From the NCBI GenBank assembly GCA_900617105.1, contig UYFQ01000711.1:1-59144 (forward strand): a stretch of 59,144 bases of DNA, in the 5' to 3' direction. The position numbers and the translations under genes were made by a program. Each line of letters starts with the position of its first letter. Position 1 is the first letter of the stretch. The DNA is from Hydrurus foetidus (taxonomy: Eukaryota). Positions 10,801 to 21,089 of this stretch are shown here, piece by piece. Below the pieces are notes generated by a model. It did not search any database and was not told the origin of the DNA. It saw only the letters and a program-made list of their open reading frames with translations.

Positions 10801-12805
10801 GTGACGCCGTGTTTGCTCCCCAAATTTCTGTAGCACGTGCGACATCTTCAGGTAAGATGTCGCAGTTGAGAAACGTTCCAGCTCGCAATGCAGAAATGAA
10901 TTTCTGATCTGGTGGAAATCCCAAACTCGCTTGCATGCGTCGTGCATCAGCGCTTCTTTGAACTTCGCGTTTCGTGAATTTGGCTTCGTTGGCGTCCGTT
11001 GTAGGCAGTTTTGTAGAGTAAAATATGCTTGTAGATGGTGTTTTTACCACTGCCGGATGAGCATATGCATTTCTGCGCTCTGCGGCGTCAGAATATCGCG
11101 GCTCCGGAGGCACCGCCAAATCGGCGACATATAGCCCTCCACGATGTTGGAATTTGTAGGTGCTCTGATCAGTGTGGAGCAGAAATGCATCCTGATCTAT
11201 CATAGAACCCTGGCGAAACTCCCAGTTGTGCCCTTGCAACAGGCAATCGGATGCCGATACGATGGAAAGTCCAGCACGCGGATCAAAATGAACGATGCCA
11301 ATGTCACGAAGGTTTCCTGCTTTAGTTACAGTAAGCGAACCATGCAAGCCTTTGAACACAGTAGGAGTGCATGTCGCGATGTCACTCAGAACATCCGCAC
11401 ATGTAATGATGGTGCCAGTAGCTCCAGTGTCAAAGATGGCTTCGGAGGTACTATGTTGGTTGATGTTACGGTTTGCAGAAAAATCGGTCCGAGGACCGAG
11501 GGTTGCGACTTCCACCGGTGTGGTGGTATAGCACACGCTACAGTGCCTGTCGCCATGTTCATTCTCGTTAACCTCTTGATCCCACATTTGGCCAAAAGCA
11601 GTGTAGACATCTCCTTGAGCACTGGGGTCATCTTCCTCAGTTTGTCTCCTCGCCGACATTGATGTTTTTGGGGCTGAAGGAGGCTCTCCGGCGGCCTTCT
11701 TTCTGCACTCACTAGCACGATGACCTGCTTTTCCACAGTGGTAACAAATCCCACTGAACTTGCCCTCCTTTGTATCTTTAGCAAAGGACACTTTCGGCTC
11801 TTTAATCTTTGCCGGGTTAATCTTCTTGGCCTTTTCTTTAGCGGGTGGTTTTTCGCCCTTTGGGGGACCGCCCGGTTTCGTGAGGTTCTTTGCTGCAAGT
11901 GCCGTTTGGTGAGTCACTATCGCTGATTGTAATGCACTACCCTTTACCCCACGATGGAATCTAGTTGCTCCGTTGATGGCTTCCATCAGGGTCTTCGGAT
12001 AAATGTCAATCTTGTTGCACTCCAAATAATTGCTGAGATAGTTCTTGTAGTCATGATAGACCTGTGAGGTACTACTCAACCCCTCAATTAGCTTTGTCGC
12101 TTGTTGGACAGCATTTGGAATCTGCGCTTCCGGTACTCCTGTTGCAGCGAGTCGATCGAAAAGCTTGACCGCACGTCGTCCGTACGGTACGATGTCTTCA
12201 CCCGTACTCATAGTCAGCGTGTACCAGTCCCGTAGGGCCTGGGACCGCTCGAATTCCTGATTACCATCACATCTTGATGTAACAACTGACTTGATAACTT
12301 CAAGTAGTTTAAGTGGATCGTCGAGTTCGACTGCTATGAATTCCGCTTTTACTGTCAGAATCGCGTTGAGCGATGGTGAACACATCGTACGAATCAGGCG
12401 GTATGCCGATTCACGGTCATCCATCTGCTGCATTCTCCTTTTGTTCACTAATGCTCTGTCGGTATTGATGTCATTCATCATCATCTTTGCTCGATATCCC
12501 TTCGGATCCGTGATTTCAGTGAAGGATTCCAGCAATGTGAAGTTGGGCGGTTTGAAATCGTAAACCTTGTAGGCAGGTCTAATAGTGAGCAGCATGGGGT
12601 CTGGACAGATGGTCTGGAGGTCCTGAAAGTTGATTCTCATGTACTCTTTCAGTTTCAACATAGTGTCGTCCCACTCTTTCCACCCGTTGTGGGTTATCTC
12701 AGGCAAACTTTCTGGCCTCAAGCCATCTGCGATTGCTGAACTTTCGCGCTTTTCACCCTTCTCGGATTTCGATTGGGCAGCGCCTTTCTCGCCTCGCTGA
12801 CTCAT
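7883..12805 (-). CDS. Copia gag-pol polyprotein, 1640 aa, uninterrupted
   Basis: CYHCGKAGHRASEC knuckle, IFDTGAT protease, IN (HCDIMF, SDNE, IERMIR), RT (LDKALYG, YVDD), RNase H (IDAAFA, SSTESE, DNQS, DYYTKPL). Confidence 0.96.
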   Translation of the reverse strand: MSQRGEKGAAQSKSEKGEKRESSAIADGLRPESLPEITHNGWKEWDDTMLKLKEYMRINFQDLQTICPDPMLLTIRPAYKVYDFKPPNFTLLESFTEITDPKGYRAKMMMNDINTDRALVNKRRMQQMDDRESAYRLIRTMCSPSLNAILTVKAEFIAVELDDPLKLLEVIKSVVTSRCDGNQEFERSQALRDWYTLTMSTGEDIVPYGRRAVKLFDRLAATGVPEAQIPNAVQQATKLIEGLSSTSQVYHDYKNYLSNYLECNKIDIYPKTLMEAINGATRFHRGVKGSALQSAIVTHQTALAAKNLTKPGGPPKGEKPPAKEKAKKINPAKIKEPKVSFAKDTKEGKFSGICYHCGKAGHRASECRKKAAGEPPSAPKTSMSARRQTEEDDPSAQGDVYTAFGQMWDQEVNENEHGDRHCSVCYTTTPVEVATLGPRTDFSANRNINQHSTSEAIFDTGATGTIITCADVLSDIATCTPTVFKGLHGSLTVTKAGNLRDIGIVHFDPRAGLSIVSASDCLLQGHNWEFRQGSMIDQDAFLLHTDQSTYKFQHRGGLYVADLAVPPEPRYSDAAERRNAYAHPAVVKTPSTSIFYSTKLPTTDANEAKFTKREVQRSADARRMQASLGFPPDQKFISALRAGTFLNCDILPEDVARATEIWGANTASLKGRTTRLRPMPPPQLPTTTRNFDAQHMHCDIMFINKQPFLVSITHPLGIVLVGCVDNVTTPVLRQSLKRMFGTIGSRRISIVKFTSDNERGIAALFNDMNAMGVEVIAVGPGQHDHIIERMIRHLKETIRCTIFSLPYLLPDILMSYLVTASAKKLLLFPSSTRTDRISPFEAFFGRKADTKKDIGPPFGSYCQVTGRVLSNNMDPRTIGCLYLEPKMNGTGTHSFMRIDTRSVISANHYVVLPIPPLVTTTVNGWASKNKIHTSKEPIFTFHDKDITGDIDDDIVTIDSPSIPVPTIPFQPTPPILPVFPDETDTPHTMMEPQIAQDQIEIRGEMESAGAENTSNLTSDEVSGPETTFEAVPEEQPEAPPTTAVRTYIPSAPVELREKSTRIRKPPDRLNLVADKLPIPAQKEGIRGDWSLMTVTRALKLFPDKATAAIESEVKSLLAKGTFSGVHMEQLTPTQTKKILRSNMNVVEKYLPTLNSNGDRQIDKVKAPFCVDGRAQVREDYAADEVESPTASIAAIFTVAQIAAAENRFIMVGDVGSAYLNANMPMDKPDKILHNMHIDKNVTDAIIKQDKSFSPFRRHNGGLVVRLDKALYGCIESAKLWYNEIAGTLRSNGFTANPRDICVFNKDVKGNQFTILVYVDDLKMTCVDKKAVLDMEKILLKTYGQFRTTQERILPYLGCMWDYTEPRFVKVTQIGMIQDLISSREKSHAERGMKLIGDPSSPGAPHLFERTLDCKFLNEKDAKTFHTDVATALYLGNRTRPDIVLVLGELCKRVKAPTTEDDKKLDRLICYLRATRDKPLRLGCTLPMTVTVSIDAAFANREQMKSTSGMCVTLGVGNFISSSKVQKLNSKSSTESEIIAVSDGMNIPLWLAGFIAYQGHGKHPVRLEQDNQSCITLLKKGRSTAETTRFIEVRQFWISDYIRIGAVNIVYVPTEDMTSDYYTKPLQGTVFSKLVKKILGN

Positions 12806-12832
12806 TCTGAGCTAGCTAGCGGCTTCTAATTA

Positions 12833-13223
12833 TCTTGGAATAAGGCTGTCTTTTGGATCCTGGATCCAGTCAAAGCACCTGGTTGATAGCAGTGATTCGT
12901 TTAGAACACACTTTGCTTTCAGCTAGTCGACCAAGGTCGCTTCAACAGCTCACTCTAGTGTAGGTATAATGGCACACAGCCATATAGTCTCTTTTAATTA
13001 GAAGTGCTCATTGTGTCAAATCATAGCAGTTCATGGCTAGCTATAATAGCTACAGTTGGCTGTTCACTGTCATCATCAGTTGCAACTTTCAGTACAGTTT
13101 GAGTGATGGTCTCGGGTCTGTGAGCGCTACCCTCGCTCCTCCACTTGAGCTTGAGTGATATTACCCAAAGGGAATTCCCCCAAAGGGATTGTCCCCATAG
13201 GGATAGCAATGCTATATCCAACA
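12833..13223 (-). repeat. Copia #1 5' LTR
   Basis: Direct repeat of 7327-7717, ending 27 bp upstream of the ATG. Confidence 0.93.
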
Positions 13224-13401
13224 CACACTCTACTCTCCACTCACGATGTTGAAAATTTCACCTACGGTACTGAATGTACTGAACATAGTGCCAAGAAGTA
13301 AGAAGGGAGTGACAGATCACAGGGATTCCAAAGCTTATGGATGGAGGCATCTCATCGAATAGATAAACATCAAACTCAAAAGCTGCCTGAATCCTCGTGA
13401 A

Positions 13402-14211
13402 ATGGGGCTCAATATCTTCGCAATTTCCCTCTTCGCGGCGTTCGTGTTCGTTGCGAAGAGTGAATGTTTGGTCGCATCTCAGATCCACGATGCCAGATCC
13501 ATCTCTGACGCCGCACTTATCATGGAACTCCTTGAACTAACACCAATACCAACACCAATGCCAACAATGCCACCTACAGCATCTACAACAGAGGTATTAA
13601 CAGCAAATCCAACAGCAAATCCACGAGCGACTCCTATAATAGAACCGACGGCGAAACCGACAATTACTAAAAGACACGCCGTTGGCACAGTAAATCAGGT
13701 AAGCTCTTTGTTGCTAAGCGAGATGTTCATGATCGACTTTGATCCTTTCGCTCATCTTTCTCCCCCAGAATTTCAAATTCAGTTATGTCCGTCACAATAT
13801 GACCCAAAAGAGCTTCGATCTACTGTACATAGCAAGAGATGTAATAACGGTTGCTCTTAGACTGAATACGTCTGAAACCGTTCTTATATCGAGGTGACAG
13901 TGGCTTATTTCAGTAATCAATCATCATTCAATTTATTTCATCGACACTGACTCTGACTAGATTCGCTCACTAAATTATTTATTTTATCAGTCTTGATCCA
14001 ATCGAGACCACTGCGCCTCCGCAGAAGCAGAACTTGACAGGTGGTAATTGATACTGTGTGATCACCATCATATTAATGAATTTCTTCTCATTCTCTTGCT
14101 TCTCCTAAAACCTGACCAACCTGTTACAATCACGGCTCTTCTGTGGCATTTTTTCTTGTGATGTAGAATCCTTCCATTCCCACTATATCTCAAGCTGATC
14201 GCAAGTACCTC
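13402..14211 (+). pseudogene. Copy 1 (3'-truncated) of a secreted/membrane PT-repeat protein gene
   Basis: Near-identical to the copies at 31985 and 35720 up to GCAAGTACCTC, where the YR retroelement begins. The remaining exons are not found downstream. Confidence 0.85.
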
Positions 14212-14384
14212 CCCCAAGACTCCAACACCGCCGGCTCGATTTTACTCAGCCAACCGGTGGGTCTGGGTTCTGGTCTAGGTTAGCGATCACCTTCTACCCT
14301 CCCGGGCACAGTAGTGGTCAGGCAAGACAAAATAACAAAAAACAACAACAAAACAACATGATAGGTATGGCTGGCTACGGGGTG

Positions 14385-14571
14385 AAAAATCTCCTTAACT
14401 TGAAAGATTCAGTAAGCAAACGTGTTAAAACTGTATGATATTCAATCTAAATACACTAAGTATATACACCGAAGACTTGCACCACAAGTTGCAACAAACT
14501 GAAAGGTTTGCGACAAGCACCCAGTGGGATGCGTACAGAACCGTATAGTATGCGTGCGCACACAAAACTGA
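14385..14571 (-). repeat. Split direct repeat, 3' copy (A2-like)
   Basis: 187 bp, one mismatch to 19500-19686. Confidence 0.9.
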
Positions 14572-15388
14572 TCATCCTCGCAGTGAGCTCTTTCTTCGAC
14601 CTTCTTCCGCTTTTAAGCTCAGTGTACCGAGAAAAGAGTCTGTCAGCTTCAGTCACCCCTGAGTGAGTCACCCAGCTTATGAGGTCATCCAGGAACTGAC
14701 CCTCTTCCGGGGTCCTTCTCCCTATCAGTTTCATTTTCATAAATGAGTCCGTCTTCTGGGATGACGCTTTCACCCAGCAGGCGACTACTGACTCTGACCC
14801 AGGCAGCATCTGCCCCCCTCTTTTTCTCTCCCCGCACACCATCTCGAAATCTAGGTCGCCCACTCGTACACAGTGGTCCTCGCCCCCTCTCTCCGGTGCC
14901 GTGTACTCACTCACTCGTGCGTCCATATTGTACGCCCACATCGCTGCCAGGTAGATCATCTCTTGATCTATCCCCCCGCGGTCCCACCCACAACTCACCC
15001 ATAAGCGGTGACTCATCCTGATCAGAATGCTCTCACATAGGGGGAGCTTCACACTGGTACTCGCACCCTCGTTCCTTTTCTCCCGTAGCTCTGTCGTGCT
15101 CAGTCTGCATGCTGTCCGAGCTGCTACAATAATAGGCGAGTCCAGGAATTGACATGGCAGAAGTGCTGTCATGAAGGAGTGCCGCAGACCAGCTGTAACT
15201 GATGTCGCACTCTTGCCACGGGCTCCCTTATCGTACCGACTCTGTAGGTACAAAGCCACTAGCGCCGCCTTATCATCCTCACGCTCATCTCTCATGTATG
15301 GGTCCTTCCCCCATTCTATGTTGTCGATGAATTCGCACCACCCATGCCACTGACCATCGTATGTTTTCGCTGTTCCCGTTGTGACCAA
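14572..15388 (-). pseudogene. Tyrosine recombinase of the Ngaro-like element, C-terminally truncated
   Basis: N-terminal TAKTYDGQWHGWCEF, catalytic R (DARVSEYT) and K (SSQKTD). The ORF runs into the A repeat before any HxxR/Y motifs. Confidence 0.85.
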
Positions 15389-15641
15389 CTTCCTTAGGAA
15401 GTCCCCTAGTACAGCCTTACAATCGGCCGTAAGTCCTGAGTGACATGTTTCAAACAGAGTGTAGGGATAATGTAACTGTTAGTACTTGTTCCCCACCCAC
15501 ATCGAGTGGTAATGAGGCTACATCAATTACAGCGTCTCCTATGCCTTCATCCCTACTTCTTTCACCCTCTCCCATCCCCTTCCACCCCTCATCCTGTCCC
15601 TTTCTATCCCCCTTCATCCCATCCCTCCCTATCCCCCTACC

Positions 15642-17717
15642 CTACACTCCGTTGACCACCCCCTCCAAAGCGTCCCTGACGCCCCCCCAGAAACCGAGGA
15701 AATCCGCTTCAGCATTAAATTTAATGGACGGATCGCAACTTGCGAGGAGGTTTTGAACATGCTGACAACCTTGGAGGTCCACCTCTCTGCTATTCTCAAG
15801 TCCGCAGCTCGTCATCACTTCTTTCATAGTCTTCCCCGACTCCCACAGACGAGAGAGTGCGTCACATCTGCCATTATCACTGCCAGGTGTGTGTACGGAC
15901 TCCTTGACGATTAGCTCTTGGTTAATACAGAGCATAGTAAACACCATGGAGGCGTTCGAGACATTCACGCCTCAATATCTCTCCGTACTCACCCACGTGA
16001 GGGCAGAAATGCTGCCTCCCCTCATCGTTACATCTACTCCTCTGATACCGAGTTTGCTTAAGCCGATCAGCCCAAGCATCGCGCCAATGAATTCGCAGAG
16101 ATTCTGATAGGAGGAGTCGCCCTCGAAACTTAAACCGCGGAGACTCACTGCGCTGCCACCCAGACACACCTCAGCGCCATTGACTCTTTTATACCACAGA
16201 ATACCCACTCCGGATAGGGAGGCATCAAACTCGATGATGTACTCCGGCATCGTTTTGACAAACGACTGCATTGGCCTGCTGTACCTCGCCTCGTCGAAAC
16301 GCTCAAGCACCAACATGATGCGCCACAGCCGGATAGCTAACTTCGCCTCACTGTTCACGAGAAAAGTTGACATGCGTGTGGTTCTCCCTGCGGCCATTCT
16401 ATGGAGGGCCGCACTAAATGGCCGCATGGCTCGACATATTGACCCATATCTACTCCCCCATGATGCTAGCCTTTGAGCCACACGCAGTGAAATAGGTGCC
16501 TCCAGGTCGATCGACATGAAGCCGTATAGGGTGTTAAGAAAATTCTTTCGCGAGATAGTGACACTCATTAGGTCTAGATCGACCGTGAAGCCAATGATAT
16601 CCAGTCGCCTTCCCCACTCTGTCTTATCATCTGCCACTGCCGAGGATCCGAGTAGGTCCGTACATACTCCCCTGGCACGTACGAGATCTTCCGCGAGATC
16701 TTCTTCGAAGCATACGCCGATGATGTCATCAACGTACATCTCAATGGAGCTTCTCAGACTGTGCGAGAGCTCCCATTTGATGGCTCGAGTGATAGTTTGG
16801 AAGGCAGCCGGCGTGCATGCCCATCCAAATATACCAGCTATCTGTAAGTAGACTAGGCCGCCGGTGACCTCCATACCGAATAAGCCTGCATCCTCAGGAC
16901 GAAACGAAAGAAGAGTGTACGCTCCTTTCAGGTCCATCTTCCAAAGACGTAGATGACTCCACTGCACTGCTGCGTTCGACTCCACAGCCTTCTCCCAAAA
17001 CGACATCATCATGCGCACTATCTCTGCGATAGTCGGGTGCTTGATCACACCATATCGCTCTGCTGCAGCTGTGGTGGTTTCTTCACTGTTCAGGGGAGTC
17101 CCGGTAACGTAGGTGAGGTCTCCTATTGGCCGCCCACTAGGCTTCCCCTTCTTGGGTGTCCAATGTGCAGCTCCGAGATGCAGGTTGGGTATGCATTGTA
17201 CGGCTAAATCCTTTGGTAATAGGAATGCCAACCTCTGTTCCACAATACTGCCCAGCATCTTATTTACTGCGGTGTCTACCTTCAGGTACGTACTCCTCAA
17301 GGCTGCTGATGGTTGGGTACCGTTCGGCACAAAGTCAGTCGGCAGGGGTACTCGCATGCCAATCGCTAGGTCATGAAGGAGGTCCCTCTCGGGATTGTCT
17401 GACCTTAGGCGCTCCACTCTCGCGCTACTAAGCCTGTCTCCGGATAAGATTTTCAATCTCCGGCGTACCATCACCACTAGGTCCAGTTGGGCAGCCTGAA
17501 AGCACTTCATGTCGCTCAACAACATGGCTCTCGGGAAGGTGTAGCCACCTGCCCATGCTACCGCTGCATCGATTCCATACTGCTCATCCGATGCTGCGAT
17601 TGCCTCGCTGACCACTGCTTCGAGATATGCGCGAGGTAGCCGACTTGAGCGAGAAAAATATGAATCCGCCATGCTACTGATCTCATCTATCAGCACTAGC
17701 GGGATGATGGGTAGCAC
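15642..17717 (-). pseudogene. DIRS-type reverse transcriptase/RNase H with a frameshift near 15970
   Basis: RPIGDL, KMDLKGAY, IFGWAC, YVDD; RNase H EFDASLSGVG and QNLCEF; HTPGSDNGRCDALSR in the next frame. Confidence 0.92.
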
Positions 17718-17759
17718 CTCTCTGACCCTGTTGAGTTTCTCTTTACTCTCCTCAGGTAG

Positions 17760-19490
17760 TCATACACGGGTCTTGCCGTTTTTGACCTTACCGAGAGCAT
17801 CCAATGAAGGCTGGCGGAACCTGTACGCGAGGGTAGCGGCAGTCGCCGACTTCTTGTCTTCAGTCCATCTGCTGATGTCATCGTGAGCGAATCGGCAACC
17901 GTCGCCGTACGTACAGGAGAATGTACGTGACGTTTTTGGATCTTGTGCCTTCAGTTGCCCCGCAAAATGTTCCCCACACACTGCCTTCGTCACTGCAATG
18001 CTTGCGGGAGAGGGTGCCGTTTTGGCCTTCGCCTCTGTCTTGGAAGCTCCAGCGGCTCCCTTGGTTTGATTACCAAGACGACTTCGATAGTCGAGCAGCT
18101 GGTACCTCGCCATGGCTTCATTCAGTTTTTCTTGTGTGTTGAGTGCACTCACAAAGTCCTTGAGCACCGCGCTCAAATAAGCAGCGCATGCAGTTGGACT
18201 GCTGACATCTCGGAGAGTCTTATTAGACGTGGTCGTAGCCATGCGCAATGTCCTAAAGAATTTTGACAACGCTACCTCCAATGAGTACAGGAGGAATCCG
18301 GACGGTGCGAGTTCCAGGGGCCGATGGAGTCCCTCCAACAGGTCGACAAAACGGTTGGTCGACTTGTGAAACGCAGACCCGTAGAAGATCACGAATACCA
18401 ATTCCATGTTCTTGATCGCCACCACTAGGGCTCTGTTCTGCTGTGTGCAAGGTGTGAGCTCGACTGGAATCTTGACCGTCCTCCCAGCAAATTTTTGCAG
18501 GTCCAAAGCATCCCCAAGGGGACCACCGAAATCACCGGTAAGCAGTTTCTTGAGCAACGGAATGTCGACTGAGAAGCTCAGACCATAGACCCTATCGAGC
18601 AGACCGCAGCATTTGAATCCGGGGTCTCGTTCGCTAATCTGTAGCGTAGACTGTTCGTTAATCACCCTAGCATATTCCTCAACCTGGAGTACACACTCAG
18701 TTCCCATGATGAATTGCCATCTCCTCTCATCGCACACTCGGAACACCACACCCAAGTTCTTCTCCCTCTCTGCTAAATCTGTCTTAACCCTCGTCGTATG
18801 TGGTCGACCCTCTAAATCTATCAACACCTTCACGTGCACCTTCTCACCTTGGCTGTGCACTCCCAAGTCGTCCTGCACACCGAGTCGGATCCGCTTCTCC
18901 ACGTGCTCGCTCTCAATGCTCTCATCGCGTGCTTCCTCCAGCCTCTTCCTTTCTGACGCAGACCAAGCGGCAGCGTGCTGCAGTGCAACGTTCTCTAGAT
19001 CTTCCATTGCCAACAGAAAGTATGGTGGTGTGGAAACGCTAATCCTGCTGCCTATCGCGAGAGCTCCATGCATCTGATGTCCGTGCCCAGCTAGCCCCAC
19101 AAGCATCGCGTACGTCGTTGTGCTAGTTGGCTTGCCGCGCAACTGCCACAATTGGACCATAGAATTGTCAAGAAATCCCAACGTCAAGTTTGTACCCTCT
19201 GGTAGTGCAGTAGCAGATAGCAGGAAAGTTGTCTTCTTATCCATTTCCTGCCATGGCGTCAGTGATGCGTTGAAGCTGAGGCGCAGTGTACCCTCCCCTT
19301 GATACGCATCATGACTGAAGCTAGAGATGATGTTCAATGACGCCGTTGCTGCCGCAGAAAGAATAGCGTTTTCAGGTAGACCATGATTGATCACATTTGT
19401 CGGTGGCCGATCATTCGCTAGACTCGTGAGAGCTGCGATAGCGCTAACTGTGCCGCCAATTCCAGGGTGAACAAGAGGAATAAGACTCAT
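17760..19490 (-). CDS. Gag-like ORF1 of the YR retroelement, 576 aa, C-terminal CCCH-type finger
   Basis: Lies directly after the A1 repeat and before RT; CGEHF...CTYGDGCRFAH. Confidence 0.8.
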   Translation of the reverse strand: MSLIPLVHPGIGGTVSAIAALTSLANDRPPTNVINHGLPENAILSAAATASLNIISSFSHDAYQGEGTLRLSFNASLTPWQEMDKKTTFLLSATALPEGTNLTLGFLDNSMVQLWQLRGKPTSTTTYAMLVGLAGHGHQMHGALAIGSRISVSTPPYFLLAMEDLENVALQHAAAWSASERKRLEEARDESIESEHVEKRIRLGVQDDLGVHSQGEKVHVKVLIDLEGRPHTTRVKTDLAEREKNLGVVFRVCDERRWQFIMGTECVLQVEEYARVINEQSTLQISERDPGFKCCGLLDRVYGLSFSVDIPLLKKLLTGDFGGPLGDALDLQKFAGRTVKIPVELTPCTQQNRALVVAIKNMELVFVIFYGSAFHKSTNRFVDLLEGLHRPLELAPSGFLLYSLEVALSKFFRTLRMATTTSNKTLRDVSSPTACAAYLSAVLKDFVSALNTQEKLNEAMARYQLLDYRSRLGNQTKGAAGASKTEAKAKTAPSPASIAVTKAVCGEHFAGQLKAQDPKTSRTFSCTYGDGCRFAHDDISRWTEDKKSATAATLAYRFRQPSLDALGKVKNGKTRV

Positions 19491-19499
19491 GGTTTGAAA

Positions 19500-19686
19500 A
19501 AAAATCTCTTTAACTTGAAAGATTCAGTAAGCAAACGTGTTAAAACTGTATGATATTCAATCTAAATACACTAAGTATATACACCGAAGACTTGCACCAC
19601 AAGTTGCAACAAACTGAAAGGTTTGCGACAAGCACCCAGTGGGATGCGTACAGAACCGTATAGTATGCGTGCGCACACAAAACTGA
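19500..19686 (-). repeat. Split direct repeat, 5' copy (A1-like)
   Basis: Matches 14385-14571 and ends about 10 bp before the ORF1 ATG. Confidence 0.9.
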
Positions 19687-19901
19687 AAACAGGTGTTGTA
19701 TTACCAAGACAGAATAAAATGTCCAGATTTTCCAAAATATTACGAACACGAGAATGGCGTTTACATTTGCGGAACATTATCATCATCGACATTTCACTGG
19801 GAAGACGACCACTTTTTAGATAGGATACTACAAGGTGCTGAACTTCTCAACTTGCAACGTGTCAGCTGCTACAGATCAGATTGGCGTCAAGAAGCGTAGC
19901 G

Positions 19902-20924
19902 ATGACTAAGGACAAATCGCACCGGGAATTGTTCCTTCGAAAACTTTTTGAGGAAGGGTTGAGTCTTATTGAAGCGGCTCATCAGTGTTCAATATCTGTT
20001 CGAACTGGTTCCCGATGGCTTCGGCAATTAAACGTAACCGGAAGCGTTTTACCACTGAGACATAGGGTGTCGATAGCGGGGAAAATGCCATCCGAGGACC
20101 AGGAAACACTCTTCACGATTGTTTCTAACAACCGCACATGCCATATGGAGGAGTTGACTCAACTGCTTCTTCAGGAAACGAATCATAACTACTCTGAGAG
20201 ATTGGTGAAGCAGGTCATGTTCCGGAAGAAGTATGTTTACAAGCTGGCAAACCATCTCGCTCCACTGGAGCGAGATCCTGAGCTGCGGAGGTACTGGTTG
20301 GAGCAGGTTTTGGGTGGTGAAGCTGTTTTCACATCGGATCAGTTTCTCTTCGTGGATGAATCATCGAAGAAGTTGAGAGATTGCAGGCGACCTAGAGTCT
20401 TTGCAGTTCGTGGTGACAAGATCCAAATTCCTGTAGTCCACTCCAGAAGCGGTAACGCAGCGAGCATAATTGCATCGCTTTCCATCGAGGGTGTTCAGTC
20501 TGTGACTGTTGTAGATGTAAATGAAGAGGGAAACATCGATGGACAGCGTTTTCTTGAGGCGTTTATTGACGATATATTGTCCGTCTGTGAGGCGTTTCCT
20601 GGTAAACGGTCTGTTATTATGATGGACAACGCACAGGTCCATCTGAAGCTTCTTATCGATGCTGAGTGCCTGCAACGCAATGTTTTGATATTATACTTAC
20701 CACCTTACAGTTTCGACTTCAATCCAATTGAGTTCTGTTTTAATGCAGCAAAAATGAAATTGCAGCGTGATTACGGCATAGGATTACTACCTGCTAATGC
20801 CCGCATCGGTGATTTATTTAGAAACTGCTTACTCACATGTATGACACCTGATATCGCATGTAATATGTTTGAAAAATGTTATGTCCACGTTTCTGACGAA
20901 GAAAGAGCTTGGGCTAACAGATAA
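19902..20924 (+). CDS. DD34E transposase (Tc1/IS630), about 340 aa
   Basis: N-terminal HTH-like region; FVDES, MDNAQVH, LPPYSFDFNPIE, with 34 residues between the second D and E. Confidence 0.93.
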   Translation: MTKDKSHRELFLRKLFEEGLSLIEAAHQCSISVRTGSRWLRQLNVTGSVLPLRHRVSIAGKMPSEDQETLFTIVSNNRTCHMEELTQLLLQETNHNYSERLVKQVMFRKKYVYKLANHLAPLERDPELRRYWLEQVLGGEAVFTSDQFLFVDESSKKLRDCRRPRVFAVRGDKIQIPVVHSRSGNAASIIASLSIEGVQSVTVVDVNEEGNIDGQRFLEAFIDDILSVCEAFPGKRSVIMMDNAQVHLKLLIDAECLQRNVLILYLPPYSFDFNPIEFCFNAAKMKLQRDYGIGLLPANARIGDLFRNCLLTCMTPDIACNMFEKCYVHVSDEERAWANR

Positions 20925-21089
20925 TTCAAAACACTTTTAATTACTGATACGATTTTGATAAGTTCTTAAAAAATTAATATAATTATTATATTAGATACAA
21001 ATTATATTCGGATAATCGTTTCGATTGACTTTGTTCGAATTGAAACATGATACGATATTGCGATTTATCTGAGATGCTCGGAACGATAT

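Larger units (their letters stand above)
7327..13223 (-). mobile_element. Ty1/Copia LTR retrotransposon #1, structurally complete
   Basis: 391-bp LTRs (7327-7717, 12833-13223; about 3 mismatches), near-TSD CCCAC/CACAC, PPT AGGGGTG, single gag-PR-IN-RT-RH ORF. Confidence 0.96.

Noticed and set aside
14214..14220. CCAAGAC at 14214 and 19704 as a target duplication of the YR retroelement
   Set aside because: The second copy is part of the Tc1 left TIR, mirrored near 23320.
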